From the NCBI GenBank assembly GCA_905478465.1, contig CAJQIN010000017.1, forward strand, positions 1 through 55,025: a DNA stretch of 55,025 nucleotides. The letters run 5' to 3'. The stretch comes from Minisyncoccota bacterium (GTDB lineage: Bacteria > Patescibacteriota > Minisyncoccia > Phycocordibacterales > CAJQIN01). The position numbers were made by a program, and so were the translations under genes. Of the stretch, positions 10,829-19,565 are shown piece by piece (the stretch's first letter is position 1; every line of letters begins with the position of its first letter). A model generated the notes under the pieces. That model had not been told where the DNA came from. It searched no databases and was given only the letters and a program-made list of their open reading frames with translations.

Positions 10829-12517
10829 ATGACTCAAAAAGAAGCGCTCGACCTACTAAAACTTGGACATAATGTATTTCTCACTGGTCCTGCTGGAAGT
10901 GGAAAAACATATCTTTTGAATCAATATATTGAATATTTACATGAACATGGCGTAGGTGTAGCCGTGACAGCTTCAACCGGTATTGCTGCGACGCATATTG
11001 GGGGACAAACTATACATTCCTGGAGCGGTATGGGGGTACGAGATACGTTGGCAGATGATGAGCTTGAGAAGGTTATTAAAAATGATCGTATCAAGCGTAA
11101 TTTAAAGAAAACTAAGGTTTTAATCATAGACGAAGTGTCTATGTTGCATGCTCATCAATTAGATATGATAGAAAGGATTACGCGACATGCGATAGACTTC
11201 ACGAAACCTTTTGGCGGACTGCAGGTTATACTTTGTGGAGATTTTTTCCAATTACCTCCTGTGTCTAGAGGGGGATTCGGTGGTAATGATAAAACTTTTG
11301 CATACGAGTGTGATGCGTGGGAAGAGGGAGAGTTTCAGATATGTTATCTAGAAGAACAGTTTCGACAAAATGAAGATAGTTTGTTAGATATTTTGAATGC
11401 AATACGTTCAGGAGAAGCAAATGAAAATGTAAAGATACCTCTTCGAGCTCGTTATAGAAAGGAACCAGAGGGTCCAGTTCGTCCAACGCGTTTGTACGTT
11501 CGTAATAAAAATGTTGATACTATAAATCAATCAGAACTTGATAAACTAGAGGGTCGAGAAGAAGTATATTATATGGAAACTCATGGCTTTTCGACATTAG
11601 TTGAAGTGTTACAGCGTAACTGTATGGCTTCTGAAGAATTGCATTTGAAAATCGGAGCAGAGGTGATGTTTGTAAAAAATTCTGTAACAGGAATGTATGT
11701 GAACGGTACACGTGCTGTTGTGGAGGGATTTGATGAAGATGAAAAATTGCCGATCGTTCGCACATTTGATGGACGAAGGATTGTTGTTATTCCTGAAGAA
11801 TGGCATTTAGAAGAGAACGGTTCTGTGCGGGCAACTATTAAGCAGATACCTCTTCGTTTGGCGTGGGCTATTACTGTGCACAAAAGTCAGGGTATGACGC
11901 TAGATGCTGCTGAGGTTGACCTATCTGACGCATTTGAGCCTGGTATGGGATATGTAGCTTTATCTAGAGTCCGTACACTTTCTGGACTGAAGTTAATGGG
12001 ACTAAATGATATGGCGCTTTCTGTGCACCCAAAAATATTATTACATGATGAGAAGTTTCGTAATTGGTCTACTTCTGCGGGGAAAATTCTCGCCACACTT
12101 TCTGATTCCAAAAAAGAAAAAGTACATCTTGAGATATTGCTTGTGCGTTTTGGAGGTGTAAAAGAGGGTGGGCAGATTATTGAAAAGAAAACAATGCAAG
12201 AAAAAATAAAAAAGAAACCTACGATTGAAATAACCGCTGATCTAATACCCAAGGTAACTTCAATTGAGAGTCTAGCTGATAAAAGGGGATTGACTGTTGG
12301 TACAGTTTTGAACCATTTAGAAAAATTACAAGGTATGAAAAAATTACCAGATATTTCTCATTTAAAACCATCTAAGAAAATTTTTGATTCTATTGTGAAG
12401 GAGTTTGAAAAATCAAAAGATGGAAAATTAACTATTATTTTTAAGAATTTAAATGAGAAATATTCATTTGAAACATTGAGATTAGTACGTTTGTGTAAAA
12501 ATAATGACACAAAATAA
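10829..12517 (+). CDS. Pif1-family helicase with C-terminal HTH
   Basis: TGPAGSGKT, ASTGIAA, IDEVSM, GDFFQLPPV, AWAITVHKSQGMTL, YVALSRVR. Confidence 0.92.
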   Translation: MTQKEALDLLKLGHNVFLTGPAGSGKTYLLNQYIEYLHEHGVGVAVTASTGIAATHIGGQTIHSWSGMGVRDTLADDELEKVIKNDRIKRNLKKTKVLIIDEVSMLHAHQLDMIERITRHAIDFTKPFGGLQVILCGDFFQLPPVSRGGFGGNDKTFAYECDAWEEGEFQICYLEEQFRQNEDSLLDILNAIRSGEANENVKIPLRARYRKEPEGPVRPTRLYVRNKNVDTINQSELDKLEGREEVYYMETHGFSTLVEVLQRNCMASEELHLKIGAEVMFVKNSVTGMYVNGTRAVVEGFDEDEKLPIVRTFDGRRIVVIPEEWHLEENGSVRATIKQIPLRLAWAITVHKSQGMTLDAAEVDLSDAFEPGMGYVALSRVRTLSGLKLMGLNDMALSVHPKILLHDEKFRNWSTSAGKILATLSDSKKEKVHLEILLVRFGGVKEGGQIIEKKTMQEKIKKKPTIEITADLIPKVTSIESLADKRGLTVGTVLNHLEKLQGMKKLPDISHLKPSKKIFDSIVKEFEKSKDGKLTIIFKNLNEKYSFETLRLVRLCKNNDTK

Positions 12518-12847
12518 ATTATTTTTTAATTAGAAGCTAAAAAATATTACATGCTCAGTATCATCTAGGTCCCTGTAAAATTAGGGTAGGTAATGGTTTC
12601 TGTGCGTGTATTGAGTTATTATTTTTTGTCTTGTGTCGGTAATTTTAAAGCAAGAAAGGCACAACTTTGGCAAATAGTTTTATCAAAAAAAGGGTGTAAA
12701 AGGTGGATACGATAGTATACGTTAGTTTTAAATTATAAATTAAAATATTTTTAACTAAAATTCAGGATCAAGTGATTTTTAAGTTTTCAAAAAAGTATGA
12801 AATATTGGAGTATTTTAAAATGTTGAAATAGAGTCCTCCTCGGGATA

Positions 12848-12878
12848 CAAAAACCACCTTGTCATATAAAGTGGTTTT
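12848..12878 (-). terminator. hairpin, probable original tRNA-Asn terminator displaced by integration
   Basis: AAAACCAC...GTGGTTTT inverted repeat directly adjoining TGGCTCC (reverse complement GGAGCCA, a tRNA 3' end). Confidence 0.65.
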
Positions 12879-12879
12879 G

Positions 12880-12988
12880 GCTCCGTCTACAGGACGGGTT
12901 CAGAACCGTTAATTGGAAGAAAATACAAAAGGAATTACAGTTTAGTGGTATTTTAGAGATGTTTCCAGATTTAGTACTTCAGAACTAA
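12880..12988 (+). repeat. 109-bp direct repeat copy 1 (att arm encoding the putative displaced recombinase C-terminus)
   Basis: 105/109 identical to 14423-14531; reads LRLQDGFRTVNWKKIQKELQFSGILEMFPDLVLQN* from 12881. Confidence 0.92.
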
Positions 12989-13008
12989 ATAATGCTATTA
13001 TATTGTTT

Positions 13009-13374
13009 ATGAATAGTTTGGTTAAGAAAATCACAGTTATCGCTATTTCTTTTATGATTTTAATGGCAGGTGTATTCTGCTATCAAGGAATGCAGTCAAT
13101 GAGCTCACATTGTTCTGTTGATATGAACCATACTTCTGTTTGGTGTAGTGATTTTATTTCTCACGGAACAATAATAAGTAGTGCCATTATAACCACATTC
13201 GCTACAATCCTTTCTATACTAGCCGTTCTTTTTTCTATAAAGCCACTATTTGCTTTATTTACTAAAATAAAACAAGTAACAACTCTTTTATATAAAACTA
13301 GAGATAGAATACCAATACTTTCTCCAATACAACTCGCAATTTCAAACGGAATAATTCATCCTAGAATTCCTTAG
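13009..13374 (+). CDS. small membrane protein, Cys/His-containing, first gene of a metal-resistance cassette
   Basis: Two hydrophobic segments flanking SHCSVDMNH..WC..H; same strand and directly upstream of the DUF305 and DUF411 genes. Confidence 0.65.
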   Translation: MNSLVKKITVIAISFMILMAGVFCYQGMQSMSSHCSVDMNHTSVWCSDFISHGTIISSAIITTFATILSILAVLFSIKPLFALFTKIKQVTTLLYKTRDRIPILSPIQLAISNGIIHPRIP

Positions 13375-13419
13375 TTTTTAGTATTTTCTTTATTAAAAAC
13401 TTTAACTATTAAATTAAAT

Positions 13420-13830
13420 ATGAAAAACAATGTATTAGTAATTGGGTTACTAACCTTAATAATTGGTTTGTTTGTTGGATATACACTTGCTCCACGAACA
13501 ATGATGGATACTGAAACAATGGTAGAAATGCACGATGAGGTGGAAGAATATGAAGAACACGAAGAAGAAATTATCTCTGGAGACGGAGTGATGCAACACG
13601 CAATGGAAGAAATGATGCGTCCTCTTATGGGAAAAACAGGAGAAGAATATGAAAAAGCTTTTCTTGAAATGATGATAGTTCACCATATCGGAGCAATTGA
13701 AATGGCAGAAGATTTATTAGGGCAAACAGATAGACCAGAACTTGTAAAAATGGGTAATGATATTATCACTGTCCAAACAGAGGAAGTTGATATGATGAAA
13801 GGTTGGCTAGATGATTGGTTTAACTCATAA
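13420..13830 (+). CDS. DUF305 (CopM-like, ferritin-fold) exported metal-binding protein
   Basis: N-terminal TM, Met/His-rich linker, FLEMMIVHHIGAIEMA...IITVQTEEVDMMKGWL. Confidence 0.88.
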   Translation: MKNNVLVIGLLTLIIGLFVGYTLAPRTMMDTETMVEMHDEVEEYEEHEEEIISGDGVMQHAMEEMMRPLMGKTGEEYEKAFLEMMIVHHIGAIEMAEDLLGQTDRPELVKMGNDIITVQTEEVDMMKGWLDDWFNS

Positions 13831-13833
13831 ATT

Positions 13834-14298
13834 ATGTTGAATAAACTATTAACAGCTCTTCTTCTGATTATTCTAGTTGTTTCTATCGGTTGGATGATAA
13901 ATCAAAAAGATAAACCAGCATCAGAGAATAAAATCCTAGCTACTATCTATAAAGACCCATACTGTGGTTGTTGTGGAAAGTGGGGTTCTTATATGGAGAC
14001 TAAAGGATATGAGACAGATACAGTCTTGGAAGATGATATGTCAAAAATCAAAGAACAGTTTGGTGTTCCACAGGAACTTCAAAGTTGTCATACATCAGAA
14101 ATTGAAGGTTATGTTGTTGAGGGACATATCCCAAATGAAGCGGTAGAAAAGTTATTAGAAGAAAGACCTGATATAAAAGGAATTGGAATGGCAGGAATGC
14201 CTAGTGGTTCACCTGGTATGCCAGGACCAAAAGCAGACTTCTTAATCTATGAAATAAATCACGATGGAACTAAAGGTGATTTGTTTATGAAATTGTAA
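13834..14298 (+). CDS. DUF411 (CopG-like) copper-binding protein
   Basis: YKDPYCGCCGKW, SCHT, VEGHIP, GMPSGSPGM. Confidence 0.9.
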   Translation: MLNKLLTALLLIILVVSIGWMINQKDKPASENKILATIYKDPYCGCCGKWGSYMETKGYETDTVLEDDMSKIKEQFGVPQELQSCHTSEIEGYVVEGHIPNEAVEKLLEERPDIKGIGMAGMPSGSPGMPGPKADFLIYEINHDGTKGDLFMKL

Positions 14299-14325
14299 GT
14301 CGCTTCTATAGAATGTAAAACCTTG

Positions 14326-14359
14326 GAAAAACACCCCTTGAAAGACAGAGGTGTTTTTC
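14326..14359 (+). terminator. Rho-independent terminator of the copper cassette
   Basis: GAAAAACACC...GGTGTTTTTC followed by Ts. Confidence 0.7.
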
Positions 14360-14422
14360 TTTTAGTTCTGAATCCTGTTTGGGTTCAGAAAATATGTAGC
14401 TTAAAATAAGGCTCAAATAATA

Positions 14423-14531
14423 GCTCCGTCTACAGGACAGGTTCAGAACCGTTAATTGGAAGAAAATACAAAAGGAATTACAGTTTAGTGGTATTTTAGA
14501 GATGTTTCCAAGTTTAGTGCTTCAGAACTAA
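14423..14531 (+). repeat. 109-bp direct repeat copy 2
   Basis: Reads LRLQDRFRTVNWKKIQKELQFSGILEMFPSLVLQN* from 14424; 4 mismatches to copy 1. Confidence 0.92.
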
Positions 14532-14532
14532 T

Positions 14533-15861
14533 TTACTTATTTTTCTCGTTTTCAATTAAACCCCAATAGGGTTCATAGTAATTCTCTCCTGAAACATCCT
14601 TGAGTATTTTTATTTGTTCCTTCGGTATACTATCTATGATTGAATCCAAAAATGTTAAAAAGTCATCTTTATTTCTCAGTGTAAAAATATTTTGTGTAAA
14701 TTCATCTAACCTTAATTCAGAGGGCGTGTCTTTAGGTAATTCAGTTAGTAGTCTTTTTGATTCAATATCGATAAACATAGCATCGCAGTAGGGTAAAAAG
14801 CTAGAAATAAATTCAAAATCAACAAATGATTTAGGAGGTTGGGTTTTACCCAAATGAGCATCTCGAGAGAGATTTGCGTACATTACCGAACTTATTTTAA
14901 TCTTAGGTATTTGAAGTAAGGATTTATAATCTGAAAAATAATCAGATATCCTCTGAACAATCTCAGGCTCAGGCACATTGTTTAGCCTGCACTTTCTCAT
15001 TAAGTCATCCAGTAAATCCTTAGAAGTTGGTGGAAATATGTTTTCTGGTGTCCAATCTACTTTTTCACCTTTAGCTACTTTCAACATCAATTCTTTTTGT
15101 TTATCGTAAAATTTAACAACATTAGTTATGTGAAATCTTAAAGATAATGCTTCATTGCGTACGTTTTTTATAAAATCAAATTCCTTAACTTGTTTCCACT
15201 CTGACCATATCTCAGAAAGCCTTTTTTGTGATTGTTTATTTCTTTCCACCAAATCATTTATCTCGTCTTCTTTTGGGGTTTGTGAAACTGAAATTCCTAT
15301 ACCCATTGTCCATTCGTGTATCTTATCTCCTTCAAATGAAATGTTTTCTGGAGAAAAAGTAAAGTCTGTTTTTTTGTCCTGTAGCCAATTTTCAAAATGT
15401 TTAGAAATTTGCTCTCTTTCTATCAGATAGTCAGGAAAAAATGTTTTTCCTGAAGATAAGTGTTCATACAGTCTTCTGATATATTGAAAATTTATTTTTC
15501 CCACAGCGGATTCATTTTTATGAAAGAAACTGTCTGGAAATATTACCGCTTGAGATTTGGATACATACTCCAACTTTTCAAATAATTTCGTCCAGAACTG
15601 GTCGCCTTTTATTTTTTTATGTTTTGGGTGCGAAGAATCTAACAGTATTGTTAAATTACTTAAAATAAATTGGTCTAAATATACGACTTTCTTTTTTATT
15701 GAGGGGAAAGGAAAGGTTTCTTCGTGAGAACATTCAGTACACTCTCTTTGATAGGTTGAACTACCTGAAATTGGTATAAAAACACCGAAAGTATTTTCAC
15801 TTTTGCATTTAGGACAGTCTCTGTATGGACCAGAAATAAACATATCTCTTGTAATCTTCAT
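14533..15861 (-). CDS. hypothetical protein: N-terminal Zn ribbon plus putative PIN-like domain
   Basis: CPKC...CTEC; VVYLDQFIL and DFEFISSFLPYCDAMFID resemble PIN acidic motifs (by eye). Confidence 0.6.
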   Translation of the reverse strand: MKITRDMFISGPYRDCPKCKSENTFGVFIPISGSSTYQRECTECSHEETFPFPSIKKKVVYLDQFILSNLTILLDSSHPKHKKIKGDQFWTKLFEKLEYVSKSQAVIFPDSFFHKNESAVGKINFQYIRRLYEHLSSGKTFFPDYLIEREQISKHFENWLQDKKTDFTFSPENISFEGDKIHEWTMGIGISVSQTPKEDEINDLVERNKQSQKRLSEIWSEWKQVKEFDFIKNVRNEALSLRFHITNVVKFYDKQKELMLKVAKGEKVDWTPENIFPPTSKDLLDDLMRKCRLNNVPEPEIVQRISDYFSDYKSLLQIPKIKISSVMYANLSRDAHLGKTQPPKSFVDFEFISSFLPYCDAMFIDIESKRLLTELPKDTPSELRLDEFTQNIFTLRNKDDFLTFLDSIIDSIPKEQIKILKDVSGENYYEPYWGLIENEKNK

Positions 15862-15915
15862 TATATTTAGCTTATCAATCTTGATATGTAATGTAAACTA
15901 AAGTAAAGTATTATT

Positions 15916-16716
15916 ATGAATGATGACTCATATAGAAAGGAAAGAGAATCGCAGGCTTTTCAAAAGTTTATAAATTATGTGGAAAATTTAAAAAGTAATC
16001 CAGATTTCATATCTGAAATTAAGTGGTTTCGAAGATATCACGTTAAATATGATAGTTTAGAATCAATACCTGAAAATGGATTACCACTACCAAATAATCA
16101 CGAGGAACATTTTAATAATAAATTAGAATATGATTATATGATGAATAAAGAAGGGGATGATTACCATAATTTTCCTGAATTCCAAAAAAGAAAATGGGCT
16201 TTTGAGGAAAAATATGGTCTCAATATTTTTGGAGAAGCTTTTGATTATTTATTATTTTATAATTCAGTGATACCGATGATGGATATGGGCTATGCTCGTT
16301 TTTCTGATGTCTATGACTTGGTAAGTCTTTCTAATGCTTCCGTTGGATTATACGAAGACAGAAAAGGTTCAGATATGAACACAGGACTTTTTATTCGTTC
16401 AGAGGTTGCTCCAATTACCCCAGTAGCCATCGTCGTAAATCCATATATGACACAAAGAGATATTATTGATTTTATTAAAAAGACCTACAAGACATCAATA
16501 GAACCAATACAGAAAAGATATCGTAAGAAAAATATAAAATTAAAAGATTCAAGAAAAAAATCTTCTAAAAAACAAATTAGAAACGATTTTATATATGATA
16601 ATTGTGACTTACCACTAGCAGAACTAACGTCTCTTGTTGCAAGTAAGTTTGGAGATATTCTAGATTATACTTATATACAAAAAATAATTAAAAAAGAAAA
16701 AGAAAAAAGAGAATAA
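15916..16716 (+). CDS. hypothetical protein, basic C-terminus (possible DNA-binding)
   Basis: 266-aa ORF in the element, Lys/Arg-rich helical C-terminal third. Confidence 0.7.
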   Translation: MNDDSYRKERESQAFQKFINYVENLKSNPDFISEIKWFRRYHVKYDSLESIPENGLPLPNNHEEHFNNKLEYDYMMNKEGDDYHNFPEFQKRKWAFEEKYGLNIFGEAFDYLLFYNSVIPMMDMGYARFSDVYDLVSLSNASVGLYEDRKGSDMNTGLFIRSEVAPITPVAIVVNPYMTQRDIIDFIKKTYKTSIEPIQKRYRKKNIKLKDSRKKSSKKQIRNDFIYDNCDLPLAELTSLVASKFGDILDYTYIQKIIKKEKEKRE

Positions 16717-16809
16717 GTGAACTCACTTATTTTTTAAACGAATACAAATAAAATCGTATATTTATATTTTAAGTAAAGATATCCTGAAGACATCCTTCGG
16801 GATATTTTT

Positions 16810-16974
16810 ATGCAGGATATAAATCAAAATAAAAATAAGAAAAACAAAATAAACTTTCAAGATTTTTCGATTGAACAAAAGAAGAACCTTGTCGGTGCTT
16901 TCGTTTGGCTTATTGAACAAGATAAAAAACAAAATCCTGCACTTTATAAGTTAAAAACAGCAAAAAATGATTGA
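16810..16974 (+). CDS. small hypothetical protein (54 aa), absent from the ORF track
   Basis: MQDINQNKNKKNKINFQDFSIEQKKNLVGAFVWLIEQDKKQNPALYKLKTAKND*; stop overlaps the rep start. Confidence 0.6.
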   Translation: MQDINQNKNKKNKINFQDFSIEQKKNLVGAFVWLIEQDKKQNPALYKLKTAKND

Positions 16975-18088
16975 TACTGTATGTCTTTTAGTTCCTAAAC
17001 ACAAACTATATTTCTTATCAGGAATATCTAGTTGGGATTTGTATTCTAAAACAGATAACTATTCAAAGTTTGTTCGTAATCCAAGTAAGGCTGAAAAGGA
17101 AACTGGAAAATACTTCCCTAGACTTACTGGATATAGTCGTAGATTTGGACAAGACGCAAATGTGAAAATGGAATTTTCTGTTCCCAAGTTGCTTTATCTA
17201 AATAATTTAGATGAATTAGAAAATAAGGATTTTCCTGAGGTAATTGATACTTTAAGGGAAAGATTAAAAGATATGGGAGTAATTATTTCAAAATCGTTAC
17301 TTGAAAATGCACCAATTAGTTCTGTTCATTTCTCTAAAAATATTCTAATTGAAGACGGATATACAGTTAATTATTTAATTTCTGAAATGAATAAAGCAGA
17401 CTTAAGAAAGAGTTTTGATTTTGCTAAGACTAGATTTATGAATGATGGACAAAGTCTTTATGCTCACACAACTGCACATCAGATGGTCATTTATGACAAA
17501 ATCGCAGACCTTAAAAAAGGTAAGAAAAGAGCAATTGATAAAGACCCAACTCTGTATCAACAATCACTTTTTACCGAACTAAGTGGTCATAAAAACTTTA
17601 GTGAAATGAAAGAAGTTATCAGGTTTGAGATTAGGTTAAACCACAAACAAAAACTCAATAAAGTTTTAGAAAATCTTGGGTTTAAGAAAAATCCAACATT
17701 CAAAGATGTCTTTAGTTCTGAAATGAGCAAAAAGATAGTTAGCGACTATTGGAATACTCTAATTAAAGAAAGAAACTTAGGAATTTTCTCTATATCACTT
17801 AGCTTTAAGGAAATATTACAGATATTACTTGTTTCTGAAAATATGATAGGACCAAAGCAAGCAATATATTTTCTAGGACTATTTGTTCTTGCGAGAGACG
17901 GAAATGGTATGCGTGAACTTAGAAATATTATTTCAAAAAAGGCACACGACAGAACTTGGTATCGGATATCTAAAGATGTAAGAAGTGCTAATGAACTTAT
18001 AACAAAAAATAAACTTAGGAGCTGGGTTACCCAGATTGATAGAAAGTTATCAGATTATAAACCTTACAAAATTAAAGAAAATAAATAA
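16967..18088 (+). CDS. phage/plasmid replication initiator (gene II/X, Rep_trans-like rolling-circle type)
   Basis: MIDTV start, EFSVPKLLYLNN, VIYDKIAD, IRFEIRL motifs resemble this family. Confidence 0.68.
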   Translation: MIDTVCLLVPKHKLYFLSGISSWDLYSKTDNYSKFVRNPSKAEKETGKYFPRLTGYSRRFGQDANVKMEFSVPKLLYLNNLDELENKDFPEVIDTLRERLKDMGVIISKSLLENAPISSVHFSKNILIEDGYTVNYLISEMNKADLRKSFDFAKTRFMNDGQSLYAHTTAHQMVIYDKIADLKKGKKRAIDKDPTLYQQSLFTELSGHKNFSEMKEVIRFEIRLNHKQKLNKVLENLGFKKNPTFKDVFSSEMSKKIVSDYWNTLIKERNLGIFSISLSFKEILQILLVSENMIGPKQAIYFLGLFVLARDGNGMRELRNIISKKAHDRTWYRISKDVRSANELITKNKLRSWVTQIDRKLSDYKPYKIKENK

Positions 18089-18089
18089 T

Positions 18090-18500
18090 ATGAATAAAGA
18101 TAAAAAACAAAAAAGCACTGAAGAAAAATTCAAAGATAGTCTGTCAGAAAGTATGGCAATGTGTCACAGAAATATACTTTCTGAAAATGTAAAAAGAGGT
18201 ATGAGATTAAAAAGAATAAGAAATTTTGAACTAAAGTTTGGCTTAGATAAACACGAATCATTAGGCAAAGAATTTATAGAAAGAGTTAGATTGTATAAGA
18301 GTAAAATTAAAGAGGTCGAAACAAGTACCCTAGAAGAAACTCTTGATAGTTTCAAGAGAGATTTGTACCCACAGAAAGAATTAAAGGTTTGGGAAGAAAT
18401 AGCAAATTACTATAGTAGTAAAGTAAAAGACAATCCTAAGATGAACCTCAAAGAAAAGAGAGCATTATTCACTGAGGCTTTAATTTGGACATTAGGGTAA
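18090..18500 (+). CDS. hypothetical protein containing a serine-recombinase helix-E-like segment
   Basis: ATG 1 nt after the rep stop; contains SMAMCHRNILSENVKRGMR. Confidence 0.65.
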   Translation: MNKDKKQKSTEEKFKDSLSESMAMCHRNILSENVKRGMRLKRIRNFELKFGLDKHESLGKEFIERVRLYKSKIKEVETSTLEETLDSFKRDLYPQKELKVWEEIANYYSSKVKDNPKMNLKEKRALFTEALIWTLG

Positions 18501-18545
18501 AGGGCTTGGCTTGTAAACCATTGTAAAGTATAATAATAAACAAAT

Positions 18546-19367
18546 ATGAATAAAAAAATAACTAAAAAAGAAGAGGTTGCTTTGTTTGAGCATAATGAAG
18601 TTAGAAAAATCTGGCACAAAGAAAGGTGGTATTTTGCCATAAATGATGTTGTCCAAATACTAACTGAATCTAAAGATGTTCAGGGCTATATAAAAGATAT
18701 AAGAAGACGTGATAAGGAGATTTCTAAAGGGTGGGGGCAAATTGCCACCCCCCTTGTTGTGGACACCAAAGGAGGAAAACAGAAAATGAATTGTTCTGAT
18801 TTAGAAGGAATGTTTCGAATCATCCAGTCTATACCTTCTCAAAAAGCAGAACCGTTTAAGAGATGGCTTGCTAAAGTTGGTAAAGAGAGAATTGATGAAA
18901 TTGCTGACCCAGAGTTAGCAGTTAATAGAGCTAAGGAAATTTATACTAAAAAAGGGTACGACAAAACTTGGATTGATAAAAGAATGAGAGGTATTGCAGT
19001 CAGGAATACTCTTACGGATGAATGGAAGGAAAGAGATATAAAAGGTTTCGAATATGGAATTCTTACTAATGAAATTTATTCAGGAGTATTTGAACAGGAC
19101 CATAAATCCCTAATGAAAATTAAAGGTCTAGATAAGAAAAAAGGAAATAATCTAAGGGACCATATGGGTGATGTTGAACTTATTCTGACAATGCTTGCTG
19201 AAGCCACTTCTACTGAAATTACAAAAAGTAAAGATTCAAAAGGTCTAGACAATATTAAGAAGGATGTTAAGAAAGGGGGTCAGATTGCAGGAGAAACAAG
19301 AAAGAAGATTGAGAAAGAGACAGGTCAAAAAGTTATTACTCAAAAAAATGTTAAAAAATTAAAATAA
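18546..19367 (+). CDS. Bro-N domain (phage antirepressor-like) protein
   Basis: EVRKIW..ERWYFAINDVV, RIIQSIPSQKAEPFKRWLAKVG.ERIDEIADPE, NLRDHM. Confidence 0.88.
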   Translation: MNKKITKKEEVALFEHNEVRKIWHKERWYFAINDVVQILTESKDVQGYIKDIRRRDKEISKGWGQIATPLVVDTKGGKQKMNCSDLEGMFRIIQSIPSQKAEPFKRWLAKVGKERIDEIADPELAVNRAKEIYTKKGYDKTWIDKRMRGIAVRNTLTDEWKERDIKGFEYGILTNEIYSGVFEQDHKSLMKIKGLDKKKGNNLRDHMGDVELILTMLAEATSTEITKSKDSKGLDNIKKDVKKGGQIAGETRKKIEKETGQKVITQKNVKKLK

Positions 19368-19371
19368 TATT

Positions 19372-19563
19372 ATGAGTAACACTAATAAAGAAAAAGAATT
19401 TTATAAAGCAGAGGATTTGGCTAAGATTCTAGATGTGAATATTATGACCATATATAGATATATTAAAGCAAATAAACTAAAAGCTTATAAGATTGGTAAA
19501 GAGTATCGTATAGAGAGCGTTGAGTTTAATAATTTTTTAAAAAGTGTGCAAAATAAAAAATAA
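19372..19563 (+). CDS. excisionase-family helix-turn-helix protein (HTH_17-like)
   Basis: YKAEDLAKILDVNIMTIYRYIKANKLKAYKIGKEYRI. Confidence 0.88.
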   Translation: MSNTNKEKEFYKAEDLAKILDVNIMTIYRYIKANKLKAYKIGKEYRIESVEFNNFLKSVQNKK

Positions 19564-19565
19564 TT

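Noticed and set aside
9032-12517. radC and the Pif1 helicase as part of the mobile element
   Set aside because: They lie outside the att core at 12880, radC is full-length, and no boundary repeat was seen further left.
12518-12830. AT-rich 310-bp gap as an ncRNA or origin
   Set aside because: No convincing ORF, stable structure, iterons or DnaA-box cluster seen by eye.
12880-14531. Direct repeats as a CRISPR array or a DGR template/variable repeat pair
   Set aside because: Only two 109-bp copies 1.5 kb apart, and no cas or reverse transcriptase gene in the window. All four mismatches are A/G but they run in both directions, so neither copy fits an adenine-only template.
18036-18089. Longer start for the ORF after rep
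   Set aside because: It overlaps the rep 3' end by 53 nt; ATG 18090 directly follows the rep stop.
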